Below, in pieces: positions 16,862 to 26,171 of a stretch of 55,132 nucleotides of DNA (position 1 is the stretch's first letter; each line of letters starts with the position of its first letter). The notes under the pieces are model-generated. The model was not told the origin of the DNA. It saw only the letters and a program-made list of their open reading frames with translations, and made no database searches. The DNA is from a virus. Taxonomy: Duplodnaviria > Caudoviricetes. The stretch is taken from positions 1 to 55,132 of IMG/VR virus record IMGVR_UViG_3300025971_000014, one strand, 5' to 3'. The position numbers and the translations under genes are program-made.

Positions 16862-17476
16862 TCAGAAGTGGATGAGCGCCGCAACGCCGAAGACGTTTAT
16901 GTCGAAATCATCGACGTCATCATAGCGTTGCCATTGCGCGCGGACACTGAATGTCTTGATCACTTGGTAGCGAACGCCTAGCCCGTAAGTGAGGTTCGTT
17001 CCAGAGTCTTCGTAGGATGGACGACCATCCGGGATCGAGGTCTCATACTTGGATTTCCAGAAAAACGCTCCGGCCTTGGTGTAGATGTCTACATTCGCAC
17101 TCACTGGGAAAGCAATGCTGCCGGTCAATTCGAAGCCCATCGCCCGCCACGATGATGATGCGGGGAAAAGTCCTTGATCAGCCGAAGGCGGACCTGGAAG
17201 CGCTCGCTCGCCATTCACGATCTCGACTTGTCCGAGGGTTTCCGTCTTCCCGAGCCACGTATGCCCCAGTTCGATGCCAAATGTCCGGTTGAGCTGCCGC
17301 CCTACGAACAACCCATAGGTCGTATCGTGCTCGTCGCAACTGTAGTAGACGTTCGTCGTCGCGTCATCGCAGGACTTATTAGCCTTTCCATAGCCAAGGG
17401 CAGCGCCGGCATACCAATCCTCTGCCCATGCGTTCGAAAACAACAACGCCGATAGCAACACAAGCACCACTCTCAT
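16862..17476 (-). CDS. OmpA-like/Ail-Lom-type outer-membrane beta-barrel protein
   Basis: Signal peptide AWA|ED, WYAG..LG, alternating strands YGLGVRY..SVRAQWQRY, terminal Phe. Confidence 0.88.
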   Translation of the reverse strand: MRVVLVLLSALLFSNAWAEDWYAGAALGYGKANKSCDDATTNVYYSCDEHDTTYGLFVGRQLNRTFGIELGHTWLGKTETLGQVEIVNGERALPGPPSADQGLFPASSSWRAMGFELTGSIAFPVSANVDIYTKAGAFFWKSKYETSIPDGRPSYEDSGTNLTYGLGVRYQVIKTFSVRAQWQRYDDVDDFDINVFGVAALIHF

Positions 17477-20400
17477 GACACGCCTCCTCTCAAGTCGCCT
17501 TGCGGCGAACCCATGATCACATTCGCAATACCGTTGATGTATTTGCCCGCCGCGCCGCCCGTGCCGCTGCCGCTACCCGTTCCGCCCGCAAGCCCTGGAT
17601 TGCCACCGGCGCCCGACAATCCCACGCATACCGCGATGACTGCGCCTCCAGATTCTGTGGTGCCGTCGGCTGCCTCGGGCTGACTCGCCTCATTGGTGCC
17701 GGAGAGGCCTGGGTCGGTGCCCGCGGCACCACCGCCGCTGCAGACGACGAACTGATTGCCAGCGCCGCCCCCGCCTCCACCCCAAATCTCACCCGCAGCA
17801 TTTTCAAGTCTCAACAAACTTTCCACCAGTAAAGCGTCGCCACCCGCCCCGCCATCATCAGTAGTGAAAGGATAACCATCGCCGCCCTTCCCGCCCTTGC
17901 CTTGTATCCTCCCGCGGTTCTCAAGCGTGAGTAATACATTCGCCGGCCAGCTGCCCGTCCGCAATGCCGGAGAGGATGTGGAAGTAGAGCCCACCGTTAC
18001 GCCGGAGATGATGATAAAAGTTATTTGTTCGCTAGGCGAGCCCCCGAGCGGCGGAGCGTAGAGCGAGTCGTGGATCGTCCGGAGGTTCAGGTTGTAATCG
18101 TCGTTCTCGATATAGATGATCCGCTCGACGGATTCTTCGCCCTCCTGCACGGTAAAGTGGACCTCCTGCGCCTTCACCCGGATGTCATTTTCGCCGCGAG
18201 CGAGTTGCGTCACCGCCATCGGCGTCGGCTCTAGTTCCCCGATTTCGTCCTGAAGCTCTGCAACTTCGAGATAGAACTGCTGCGTGAGTTCGAGCGCCCC
18301 ATCGCGGTCGGCGTAGAGTCGGAACTCGGCCTCGATCGGCGGGTCACGGAACTGGGCGAGGATGCGATCGGCCGTGTCCTCTGCAAATGACCTCCCGAAC
18401 TGCGGTATCCAGCGCGAGAACACTTCGCGGATCGCCGGCACGCCGTACTGCGTAGAATCCTCTGCGTCGGTATCGACCACGACCAGGCGCGAGCGGAAGT
18501 TCCTGCGCTCTTCTAAGTCTTCCACCGGGCTCTTCTGGCCGTAGTAGACCCAGACCTCAGAAACACGTTTAGAGATCTGGAGCTTCGAGGAGAAGGAGTC
18601 CTCGAGGATCCAATCGTCGTCGTTGATCGTGGGCGTCGGTACCGCGGCGCGGAGGGCGCGAAACTGGATCATCTGGGTAACTGGGTCAGGCCAAACCGTG
18701 AAGCCGGCCTGCTCGGCAAGCTCACCAATCAGCTCATTAACCGGAGTTGGGTCGGCGATGCGCGCGGTATAGAGCTGCGTCAGTTGTTCCGCCTGGGTGT
18801 CCCAGTCCGCAGAATCTATGAGAGAAGCCGATATCTCCGAATAGTTGACCAGCAAGTCCTGAACGATGTCGTGGCATAGCTGGGAATCGTAGACCAGCAC
18901 CCACTGGACCAAGTCCTCCTGGTCGTGCGCTGCCGCTACGGTATCGAGTGCGCCCCGCGTCAAGAGATTGAGCGTATCGCCAGAGCGGCTGCACTTTATG
19001 ACCTCTTCTCCGATCGCGACGTAGAACTCCGACGGACTTCCGACTATCGCAGGATAGTCGAGATCGCCAATTCCCGTGGGGGAAAGCGTGGCGCTAGTCG
19101 CCACCGCGCTGATGTCCGCGAGCAACTCGCCCCTCGAAGCGGTAGGAGCAACGGCCTTTTTCGCCTCGATCTTCGAGAACAGGTCCTTCGCGGTGATCTT
19201 GACCCGGCCATTCACAGGCCCGTCGACGCGGTCAATAATATAGTTCCGCACTCGCATCTCATCTAATGTCTGGCCGATGTAACCCTCGCGCACACGGCAT
19301 GCGTAGTTCGAATGGTAGGGATTGCGCGCGAGCCACTTGCCCCAGAATGTTCCTGACTCATAGGGGTCGTAGCCATCACTCGCTAATTCCGCGAATGGAT
19401 TACCTGCTTGATTAATGGTCCATACGTCTCCAGTCGATGACGTAATGGTCGTATCCCCAAGTGCAGATAGAGACGGGTCAAAGTCGATAAGCAAGGTCCC
19501 ATCAATTCCACTATAGACATGAACGCTGTATATCTTTCCAGAGATTACATTGTTGCTTCCATCGAAATCCGGATTGATCCTCCACGGATCATCCCTAATT
19601 GCTATGGAAGTCGATCCCGCGGTCGTAACAGCGTCTCCGATTTGAGTCCAGTTTTCTCCGTCTTGTGATTTATAAAATGTAACGACGTAATTCGATGGAC
19701 TTTCTGAGGTCTCAAGATCAATGGTCGCCCGGATATGGATTGCTTCTCCATCAGTCGCATTGACGATTTGCGTAGAGTTAGCTATTTTTAACGTCCCGCC
19801 CGAATCCCACCAAAATAGTGTTAGTCTTCCACGTGGTGTATTGCTCCCACCTGTGACAGATAACATGAACTGACCGATCAATCCTCCGGTATCCCGCTTT
19901 GCAATTATATCGGTGCGAATTGGAGTCGGAGTCCAATCATCCAGAGCTATGTGAACGCGCACATCCAGATCATTAAAAGTGGTAGTAATGCCGCCCGGTG
20001 ATCCCGGATCAGGCGTGCTAACGAAATCGCCTACCATCCCCTTCATCAATAAATACTCAGCCGGACCTGCATCACCTGTTATTCGTTCCAAGCGATAGGG
20101 ATCAACGTGTAGATCGCTATGTTTGTGATCGAATAGATCAACAGTCACGACTTCGCGTTGCCCGAGCGCAGAAGCACTCCGATCCATGGCACCGAGGTTG
20201 ATTGCAGCCGGGTTGGTGCTGATCGAGATCAGCGAGGGGATAATATTAGATATGTCTTCGAGCGGGGAACCAATCTCGCCCACGCCGTATTCGAGTAGCC
20301 CGACTTGATCACGCGCGAATCGAAGCGTCAGAGATTCCGGATTGTAGTTCGTCGGATCTTGGCAAGTGACGCGCGTATTGAAACACTTTCTGTCACCGGT

Positions 20401-20520
20401 GACCCCGAGCTGTGCCTGGCATCCCCCCGTCGGGGATCCGAAGGCGTCTCCGTAGCGTCGCGAGCATATCGGTTGAATTACCTCAAAGAAGATGACCGAT
20501 TCCGATCCGTATTCGGCCAT
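17473..20520 (-). CDS. Large tail tip/hub-central fibre protein
   Basis: 1015 aa, two genes after the TMP; N-terminal Cys cluster (C..C..KCFNTRVTC), Gly-rich C-terminus; 6 GSP motifs. Confidence 0.82.
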   Translation of the reverse strand: MAEYGSESVIFFEVIQPICSRRYGDAFGSPTGGCQAQLGVTGDRKCFNTRVTCQDPTNYNPESLTLRFARDQVGLLEYGVGEIGSPLEDISNIIPSLISISTNPAAINLGAMDRSASALGQREVVTVDLFDHKHSDLHVDPYRLERITGDAGPAEYLLMKGMVGDFVSTPDPGSPGGITTTFNDLDVRVHIALDDWTPTPIRTDIIAKRDTGGLIGQFMLSVTGGSNTPRGRLTLFWWDSGGTLKIANSTQIVNATDGEAIHIRATIDLETSESPSNYVVTFYKSQDGENWTQIGDAVTTAGSTSIAIRDDPWRINPDFDGSNNVISGKIYSVHVYSGIDGTLLIDFDPSLSALGDTTITSSTGDVWTINQAGNPFAELASDGYDPYESGTFWGKWLARNPYHSNYACRVREGYIGQTLDEMRVRNYIIDRVDGPVNGRVKITAKDLFSKIEAKKAVAPTASRGELLADISAVATSATLSPTGIGDLDYPAIVGSPSEFYVAIGEEVIKCSRSGDTLNLLTRGALDTVAAAHDQEDLVQWVLVYDSQLCHDIVQDLLVNYSEISASLIDSADWDTQAEQLTQLYTARIADPTPVNELIGELAEQAGFTVWPDPVTQMIQFRALRAAVPTPTINDDDWILEDSFSSKLQISKRVSEVWVYYGQKSPVEDLEERRNFRSRLVVVDTDAEDSTQYGVPAIREVFSRWIPQFGRSFAEDTADRILAQFRDPPIEAEFRLYADRDGALELTQQFYLEVAELQDEIGELEPTPMAVTQLARGENDIRVKAQEVHFTVQEGEESVERIIYIENDDYNLNLRTIHDSLYAPPLGGSPSEQITFIIISGVTVGSTSTSSPALRTGSWPANVLLTLENRGRIQGKGGKGGDGYPFTTDDGGAGGDALLVESLLRLENAAGEIWGGGGGGAGNQFVVCSGGGAAGTDPGLSGTNEASQPEAADGTTESGGAVIAVCVGLSGAGGNPGLAGGTGSGSGTGGAAGKYINGIANVIMGSPQGDLRGGVS

Positions 20521-20523
20521 GTC

Positions 20524-20685
20524 TTATCGTCCCCGGCCTTGCCGAGAGCGCGCCTCCTCCGCGCGCCAGCGCCCAGCAGCAGCGTGCTCTGCAGCTTTCC
20601 GATTCTTCTTGAGGCGCGAATTAATGCGGGCATCGGCCGCCCGCTTCATGAGGGTGCGGACTTTGGGATTGAACTTGTTCCTCAC
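20524..20685 (-). CDS. 53-aa very basic peptide (below the ORF-track cutoff)
   Basis: GTG overlaps the upstream stop and the ORF fills the gap up to the tail-tip gene. Confidence 0.4.
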   Translation of the reverse strand: MRNKFNPKVRTLMKRAADARINSRLKKNRKAAEHAAAGRWRAEEARSRQGRGR

Positions 20686-21530
20686 TCATCCCCCACAGCT
20701 TGGAGGTTCCAGCTGACCGACATGTAGTCGAGGAATCCCATGTAGGCCGGGGCGATGTCCTCTCCCGTCCATGCGTAGGCGACCTCGTCCGTCCGTTCTC
20801 CCGGTCTCCACGCGAAGAAATATGGATAGCGTCTGGCGGCTTGGACGAACGGCTCGAAGTTCGTCCGATACCAGTCCGCGTCGAGTTGGTCGAACGACAC
20901 CGTCCCGGTGTAGCCGCGGCGGCGGATGTTCTGTCCCAAGAATTGGCCACCTCGGGAGAGCATCTGTTCCATCACCGTCTGGCGCGAAAGGACCAAAGGA
21001 GTGTGCGCACCGCGTATCGCCTCTGGCATCCAGAGCGAGAGCCCGACATAGATCACCGCGATCCTCGGGGGAAACGGCGTCGGGCTGCCCCCGAGCGTGA
21101 TCCTCATCCTTCTGGCATCCCTGATGGTGTCAAGAAAGATCAGAGGTTTATCGTCGGTCGGGATATAGGCCGAGGCGAGCGATTCCCAAAAGGTTTCGGG
21201 AGACCCCGCCCCGGCGTCAAGCGTTGTCTCCACGGTGACCGAGATGCCGCCCGTGGACCCGATGTTGTGCGCCGCGATCCCGACGTAGTCGATGTTCTGA
21301 GTCGTCGACCAGGCGAGCTCCCAAGTGGCCGGCATCTCGGAGGGCTCCCAGAATTCTGCGGTGTCGGGCCTCAAAGGTGAATCCGACGGGCCGGTCCCGG
21401 TCTCGCTCGAGGCCGTGACGTCTGCCGCCACCGCCTCTCGGGTGAGCGTATCCCACCCGATGCGAGCGTTCAGCATGGGCCTCTCGGCCGCTTCCTCTGC
21501 AGCCTCGTAGGCCGCGGTGAAGATGATCAT
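20682..21530 (-). CDS. Distal tail/minor tail protein
   Basis: Immediately after the TMP; 2 GSP motifs. Confidence 0.7.
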   Translation of the reverse strand: MIIFTAAYEAAEEAAERPMLNARIGWDTLTREAVAADVTASSETGTGPSDSPLRPDTAEFWEPSEMPATWELAWSTTQNIDYVGIAAHNIGSTGGISVTVETTLDAGAGSPETFWESLASAYIPTDDKPLIFLDTIRDARRMRITLGGSPTPFPPRIAVIYVGLSLWMPEAIRGAHTPLVLSRQTVMEQMLSRGGQFLGQNIRRRGYTGTVSFDQLDADWYRTNFEPFVQAARRYPYFFAWRPGERTDEVAYAWTGEDIAPAYMGFLDYMSVSWNLQAVGDE

Positions 21531-23689
21531 CAGACCACCACCAACCTTCCTCCATCGTCCGTATTTTCATTGAGTCGCTCAACAAGCTCGCGCAACTGTT
21601 GCCGCGAGAACACCTCGCCCTCCAATTTGATCACCGTCGTCTGGCCCGGCTGTCGTGCCGCCGGACCCGCGGTGCCCTCCGGCAACCCAGTGGCAGGGCT
21701 CGCCGGGAACACCCCGATCGCCCCGCCACCGCCGAACTGAGTATTGCGGATTGCCTGTATGTTGGCCCCCGTAGCAGCAGCCGCAATCGCTGCCATCGCG
21801 GCACCACCCGCAGGACCGCCCCAGGATGCACCCCAAGCGTAGGCGCTCTGGACGGCTTCTATGCCCTTGATGATGGCGTTGGCAAGGGAGGCGATCTTGT
21901 GGATCTCGAACCACTTCTTGCTCTGAGTAGCGGCCGTCGAAGTGAGCTGCATCATCATGCTCGCGCCTTCGGAGATGAGTTGACGGTTTGACATCTGCGC
22001 GAACTTCCTGCGCTTCAGCTCCGCCTCCGCCCAGATGTCGCCCATCCGCGCCTGGTGTTCAAGCTCCAACTGCTCCCGCAGGACGTTGTATTCCACCCCG
22101 ATGTCGATCTCCTGCTGCTCAGCAGCGCGGAGCCATTCCATCTTCGCTTCAAACTCGACCTGGAGTCTTTCGCGCTCGCTCATCGCTGCGGTAGCTATGC
22201 CTTGAGCTTCTGCTGCTATCGTGGCGACGTAGCGGTTGTTGATCGCCTCAAGCTCGTTCGCCAGACGCACCTCTTCGGTCTGGAGTCTCGCGCCCGTGCG
22301 CGTCTCGTTCGCCGCGCGGTCAGCTTCCGCCGCCTGGACCTTGATCGCTGCGACCCGCGCCTTCGCGATGTCGCCCTGCTTGCGGTATATCTCCTCCTCC
22401 TGCTGGAGACCTCTGATCAGGACTTGGAGCCTGGCATCCTCCGCAGCCGCAGTAGCAGCAATGACCTCCATCCGCCCGATCTGACCTTGGGCCTCGGCTT
22501 CCCTCACGAGGTCGAGCTGGAGCTTTATGGCGGATTCGTATTGGTCGACGAAACCACGGACCATCGCGATCTGTTCGTCATACTGCTGCTTGTTCGCGAT
22601 CTCTGGAGCCTTGACCTTGAACGCCGACCCGATCGTGGAGGCGTCGAAGTTATCGCGGAACTTCTGAACTACCGCTGTCCCGGAATTAACGCTGTCGATG
22701 AACGCGAGCGTCTCCTGTTTCGCGACTTTCACATCTTCCGCCCACTGCACCCATATCTCGCCGATGCCACGGAAGTTGCCCTCCGATAACGCACCGAGCG
22801 AAGCGCCGACTGCGGCGATTGTTTTTCCAAGACCCTGGAACGCGAACCACGCCGTGCTGGCGACCTTCAGGATGGCTTCCAAAACCATCTTCGCGCCGCG
22901 GCCCATCTCGTTGAAAGCCTCTCCGTCCTTCGCCGCCTGAATCATGCTGTCCGAAAGAGACTGGAGCAGCGGCAGAACCTGGACCATGATCGCATTGCCG
23001 AGTGCCCTTTGAGAATCGACCAGCCGCGTTAGGTTGTCGTTGAACGCCTCCGCCGCCTGCGCGGTCTCCGTGGAGATGAGATGCCCGAGCTGTTCGGCTT
23101 CCAGCCGCATCGCCTCCAGGCCCGCGGCGCCTTGATTCAACATCGGGATCATAGAGGCCCCGGCCCGCCCGAAGAGCATCACCGCCAGAGCAGACTTCCC
23201 GGCCCCATCCTCCATGCCCGAGAACTTGACCGCGACCTCGCGCAGGATCGTGTCCGCGTTCTTGAGTTCCCCATTCGAGTCCTTCAGGTTGATTCCAAGG
23301 GCCAAGAACGCTTCTCGCGCCTCGCCCGTCCCCGCCGCAGCGTCGCTGATATTCCGGTTCAACCGCGCCATCGAAGTACCCAGCGCTTCGGTCGATACAT
23401 CCGAGAGCCGTGCTGTGTAAGCCAGGGCGGATAGAGACTCCACGCTGACGCCAGCGCCCTGCGCCATCTTGTTCAGCTTGTCCGCAGCCTCAATGGCGCT
23501 CTTGGTCATAGCGGCAGCGGCGGCGGTGGCAAGGGCGAACGCCGTGCCGAGCACTTTCCCGGCTTGCTCCGCGTCGCGCTTTATCCGCTCCATCTGCTTG
23601 GCGGCGAGATGCGCGGCTTTCCCGAGATCCTTGGAGAACTCAGCGGTATTTGCCGCCAAACTCACCACCAAACTGCCCAGAGAAGCCAT
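21530..23689 (-). CDS. Tail tape measure protein
   Basis: MASLGSLVVSLAANTAEF start, Ala-rich helical, FGRAGASMIPMLNQG; follows the chaperones. Confidence 0.93.
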   Translation of the reverse strand: MASLGSLVVSLAANTAEFSKDLGKAAHLAAKQMERIKRDAEQAGKVLGTAFALATAAAAAMTKSAIEAADKLNKMAQGAGVSVESLSALAYTARLSDVSTEALGTSMARLNRNISDAAAGTGEAREAFLALGINLKDSNGELKNADTILREVAVKFSGMEDGAGKSALAVMLFGRAGASMIPMLNQGAAGLEAMRLEAEQLGHLISTETAQAAEAFNDNLTRLVDSQRALGNAIMVQVLPLLQSLSDSMIQAAKDGEAFNEMGRGAKMVLEAILKVASTAWFAFQGLGKTIAAVGASLGALSEGNFRGIGEIWVQWAEDVKVAKQETLAFIDSVNSGTAVVQKFRDNFDASTIGSAFKVKAPEIANKQQYDEQIAMVRGFVDQYESAIKLQLDLVREAEAQGQIGRMEVIAATAAAEDARLQVLIRGLQQEEEIYRKQGDIAKARVAAIKVQAAEADRAANETRTGARLQTEEVRLANELEAINNRYVATIAAEAQGIATAAMSERERLQVEFEAKMEWLRAAEQQEIDIGVEYNVLREQLELEHQARMGDIWAEAELKRRKFAQMSNRQLISEGASMMMQLTSTAATQSKKWFEIHKIASLANAIIKGIEAVQSAYAWGASWGGPAGGAAMAAIAAAATGANIQAIRNTQFGGGGAIGVFPASPATGLPEGTAGPAARQPGQTTVIKLEGEVFSRQQLRELVERLNENTDDGGRLVVV

Positions 23690-23937
23690 CAGCGTCTTCC
23701 TTTCGGTTTGCGGGTCATCGACCCGAGGACCATCTTCATCTCTTGCTTACCCTGCGGCGGAGGTTGCTTTGCCTTTTCCTGGACCTGCCGCATCTCCTCA
23801 TTCCTCAAAGAGAACTCCGCCATCCACTCCGTCACTTCGAGGGAATCCATCGACCGCAGCATCACGCCGACCGGCAGCCCGAGCTTCTCCGCGAGGAAGA
23901 AGTAGAACCGGCGCTGCGGCCGGCGCTTCAGTTTCCC
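23689..23937 (-). CDS. Tail assembly chaperone, -1 frameshift extension (gpGT-like)
   Basis: -1 frame GKLKRRPQRRFYFFLAEKLG..EWMAEF entered at GGGAAAC. Confidence 0.82.
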   Translation of the reverse strand, partial: GKLKRRPQRRFYFFLAEKLGLPVGVMLRSMDSLEVTEWMAEFSLRNEEMRQVQEKAKQPPPQGKQEMKMVLGSMTRKPKGRR

Positions 23938-24284
23938 TTGGCGTCCTCGAGGTCGGTGTCGGTGATGCCGTTCAACTTCTGGATCACCGTCACGCAGCGC
24001 TTCAAGGCTTTGGCCGATCTCTTTCCTAAAGCTTCCGCGTCCTTGTCGGTGAAGAGGCGATTCCCGCTGCCGTCCACCGCGCACAACGCCAAAAGACGTG
24101 CGGAAATGTTCGCCATGTCGAGCTTGCCCTTGCCGTCTCCGATCAACGACTGCTCCCAGGCATCGCGCGCCGCTCCGGTCATCGTGCCGACGATGACTTC
24201 TCCACCCCACTCCGGGACGCGCACGGTCTCCGTCTTGAGATCGCGCGCGCCCAGGATTGCTTCCCTGCCGAGTATCGCCATCAC
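23928..24284 (-). CDS. Tail assembly chaperone (gpG-like)
   Basis: VPEWGGEV..; ends AKGN; lies between tail tube and TMP; GGAGG RBS. Confidence 0.88.
   Translation of the reverse strand: MMAILGREAILGARDLKTETVRVPEWGGEVIVGTMTGAARDAWEQSLIGDGKGKLDMANISARLLALCAVDGSGNRLFTDKDAEALGKRSAKALKRCVTVIQKLNGITDTDLEDAKGN
23931..23937 (-). promoter_or_regulatory. Programmed -1 ribosomal frameshift site G GGA AAC
   Basis: In-frame X XXY YYZ heptamer just before the chaperone stop (AAG GGA AAC TGA). Confidence 0.85.
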
Positions 24285-24298
24285 ACCTCCATGTCAGT

Positions 24299-24727
24299 TT
24301 ACGGCGCTGTCGTCGATACCAGTCCCGTGATCTCCACCACGACCGCCGACTCGATGACGCCGTCAACCGCTGCGTTGATCGGGACCGAGAGCACGAAGCC
24401 GTCGAAGTAGTATACCGTTTGCGGCGAGTCGGTCATGATCACGCGGAAGTTCCGCGCCTCACGATCAGACTTCGCCGTGACCAGCGCGGCGTGCTGCGCG
24501 TTCGCTGGGATCAGGTTCAGGGTAAACGTGCATTGCCCCTCATCCTGCAGCCCCATGCGCTTCTGCTTCGCGGTCGAGGCGAGGTCGGTCACGTCGATGA
24601 CGGATGCCGAACCCGTCCGGAACGCGAGGTCCCGGAGCTCGGGAATCGTCGAGTAGCTGTACGGCGACCCGATGTCGGCGTTGATCTGGAGCAGTACTCC
24701 TTGACTCTCTAGTGCGTTTGAACTCAT
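24299..24727 (-). CDS. Tail tube (major tail) protein
   Basis: IDVTDL.S..K..GLQDEG..F.G.V motif; AGGAGG RBS; 1 GSP. Confidence 0.88.
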   Translation of the reverse strand: MSSNALESQGVLLQINADIGSPYSYSTIPELRDLAFRTGSASVIDVTDLASTAKQKRMGLQDEGQCTFTLNLIPANAQHAALVTAKSDREARNFRVIMTDSPQTVYYFDGFVLSVPINAAVDGVIESAVVVEITGLVSTTAP

Positions 24728-24768
24728 GGTTTGCTACCTCCTGAAAAGCCCGGCAAGGGCGGTGAAAA

Positions 24769-25134
24769 TCATTTCTCCCAACACAAGTAATCGGCGCTCA
24801 CGCGGTAGAGGCCGGTATCATCTTCGAAGTCGTCGCGGTCGGTCGCGAGTAGAGCCTTAAAACCAGCGGCGGTCATCGCAACCCGAACCTCAGCGGATAG
24901 AACCTTCGCGCCCCCATAGGTCGCGGCCCACGAATCGACCTGCATCCGGACGTGGTCGATCCCGCTGTGACCCGAAAGGCTCACGACCGGGACATTACTT
25001 ACCCGTTGGTAACTGACGGCTGGTAACTTCGGATTCGCGAGCGTCGGCAAAACCAACCCATAGACCCGATCCCCCGCTGAGGTCGGTGACGGAGATCCTG
25101 AGGTAAGCGCGGTCAGGATGTCTTGCTCTACCAC
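24769..25134 (-). CDS. Tail terminator (DUF3168-like)
   Basis: RVY..P..YQRVS..RMQVDSWA.TY; 1 GSP. Confidence 0.85.
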   Translation of the reverse strand: MVEQDILTALTSGSPSPTSAGDRVYGLVLPTLANPKLPAVSYQRVSNVPVVSLSGHSGIDHVRMQVDSWAATYGGAKVLSAEVRVAMTAAGFKALLATDRDDFEDDTGLYRVSADYLCWEK

Positions 25135-25559
25135 TTCAGCTTCTCCGCTGCTCGCTCAATCGCTTTTGCTAATCTAACCTTGATCGCCTCGATCTGCTGT
25201 TGAATCGTTGAATCGAAAGCAGGCCGCAGGAAAGGTTGTGCCTGCATCTTAGAAGTCCCGAATTCGAGGAAGCGCCAATACCAAGCATCAAGACCTCGTT
25301 TGCGAAAGCGCCTTCCATACCGGATTCCAACGATAGCCATCTCCTGAACCGCGCTGGAACCTTCCCTACTTCGGGTCCGATAGATCGCGCGCTTCAGCGT
25401 TCCAGTATCTTCCGGTGCTAGAGTCCTGGCTCGCTCTTGGACGACCTTCGCCCCCGCGGATACCGCAGAACGCAGCGGCCCCTTGTGGAGTTCCTTCGGC
25501 AGTTGGTCGAGAGCCTTCTTCAGCTCATCCAGACCCTCGATCTTTACTTGGATACTCAT
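25128..25559 (-). CDS. HK97 gp10-like tail completion protein
   Basis: IEGLDEL, APEDTGTL, YWRFLEFGTSKMQAQPFLRPA. Confidence 0.92.
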   Translation of the reverse strand: MSIQVKIEGLDELKKALDQLPKELHKGPLRSAVSAGAKVVQERARTLAPEDTGTLKRAIYRTRSREGSSAVQEMAIVGIRYGRRFRKRGLDAWYWRFLEFGTSKMQAQPFLRPAFDSTIQQQIEAIKVRLAKAIERAAEKLKW

Positions 25560-25873
25560 GGCAACTTCGCCCAGACGAAAAGACCTCGACGTCTTCCGAT
25601 CTCGTCGATCCTCAGCACCTGGTAGTCGCGACCATCGAAGGTGATCACCGCAGTCTTGTCGAAGTCATCCCGCCACCGCATCTGGAATCGAATCTGGGCA
25701 CCGTCGATGAATTGCGCCGCCTCGAATAACCGAGAACCGGCGACAGGGAGAACCCCGCCATCCACAGTCGCAAGAGTCGCTAACGTGTTGATCTGGCCTC
25801 CATAGGAATCCCGCGTTACCGTGGGGACCTTGATGATCAAGCGTCTATCAAGTTTGCCGGCTTGCATGTTCAA
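25556..25873 (-). CDS. Head closure/stopper protein (SPP1 gp16-like)
   Basis: MQAGKLDRR..RDSYGG..RWR..FDGRDY. Confidence 0.88.
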   Translation of the reverse strand: MNMQAGKLDRRLIIKVPTVTRDSYGGQINTLATLATVDGGVLPVAGSRLFEAAQFIDGAQIRFQMRWRDDFDKTAVITFDGRDYQVLRIDEIGRRRGLFVWAKLP

Positions 25874-26169
25874 AACGCCGAGGGCTCAACCATGAACTGT
25901 TCTTCATCCACGCCTTCCGGTCCTCCTGTTCCTTCCCACCTATATGTCCAGTCCCCTGGTTCATCCGCCGTGATGTCAGCGTAGTAGTTCCCGACTGCGC
26001 TCTTGAATATCACGTCCGGCGATCCACCATAGATATAGGTTTCCTCGTTCCCCGATGGGTCCTGGACCTTGAGAGTTACTGTCGTTGGATCAGCATCGAT
26101 GCCAACCGAATCCTCGAAGACTCCGGAGATTCGAACAATCTGCCCCAACTTGTGAAGGTTCACAGGCAT
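25870..26169 (-). CDS. Small beta-rich virion protein (fibre attachment candidate)
   Basis: DPTTVTL.V.DPSG..GNYYAD..GDWTYRWEGTG; 1 GSP. Confidence 0.7.
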   Translation of the reverse strand: MPVNLHKLGQIVRISGVFEDSVGIDADPTTVTLKVQDPSGNEETYIYGGSPDVIFKSAVGNYYADITADEPGDWTYRWEGTGGPEGVDEEQFMVEPSAF

Positions 26170-26171
26170 GT

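Noticed and set aside
23689-24366. Independent 225-aa gene
   Set aside because: Only the part after the GGGAAAC slip site looks protein-like; it is the frameshift extension of the chaperone.
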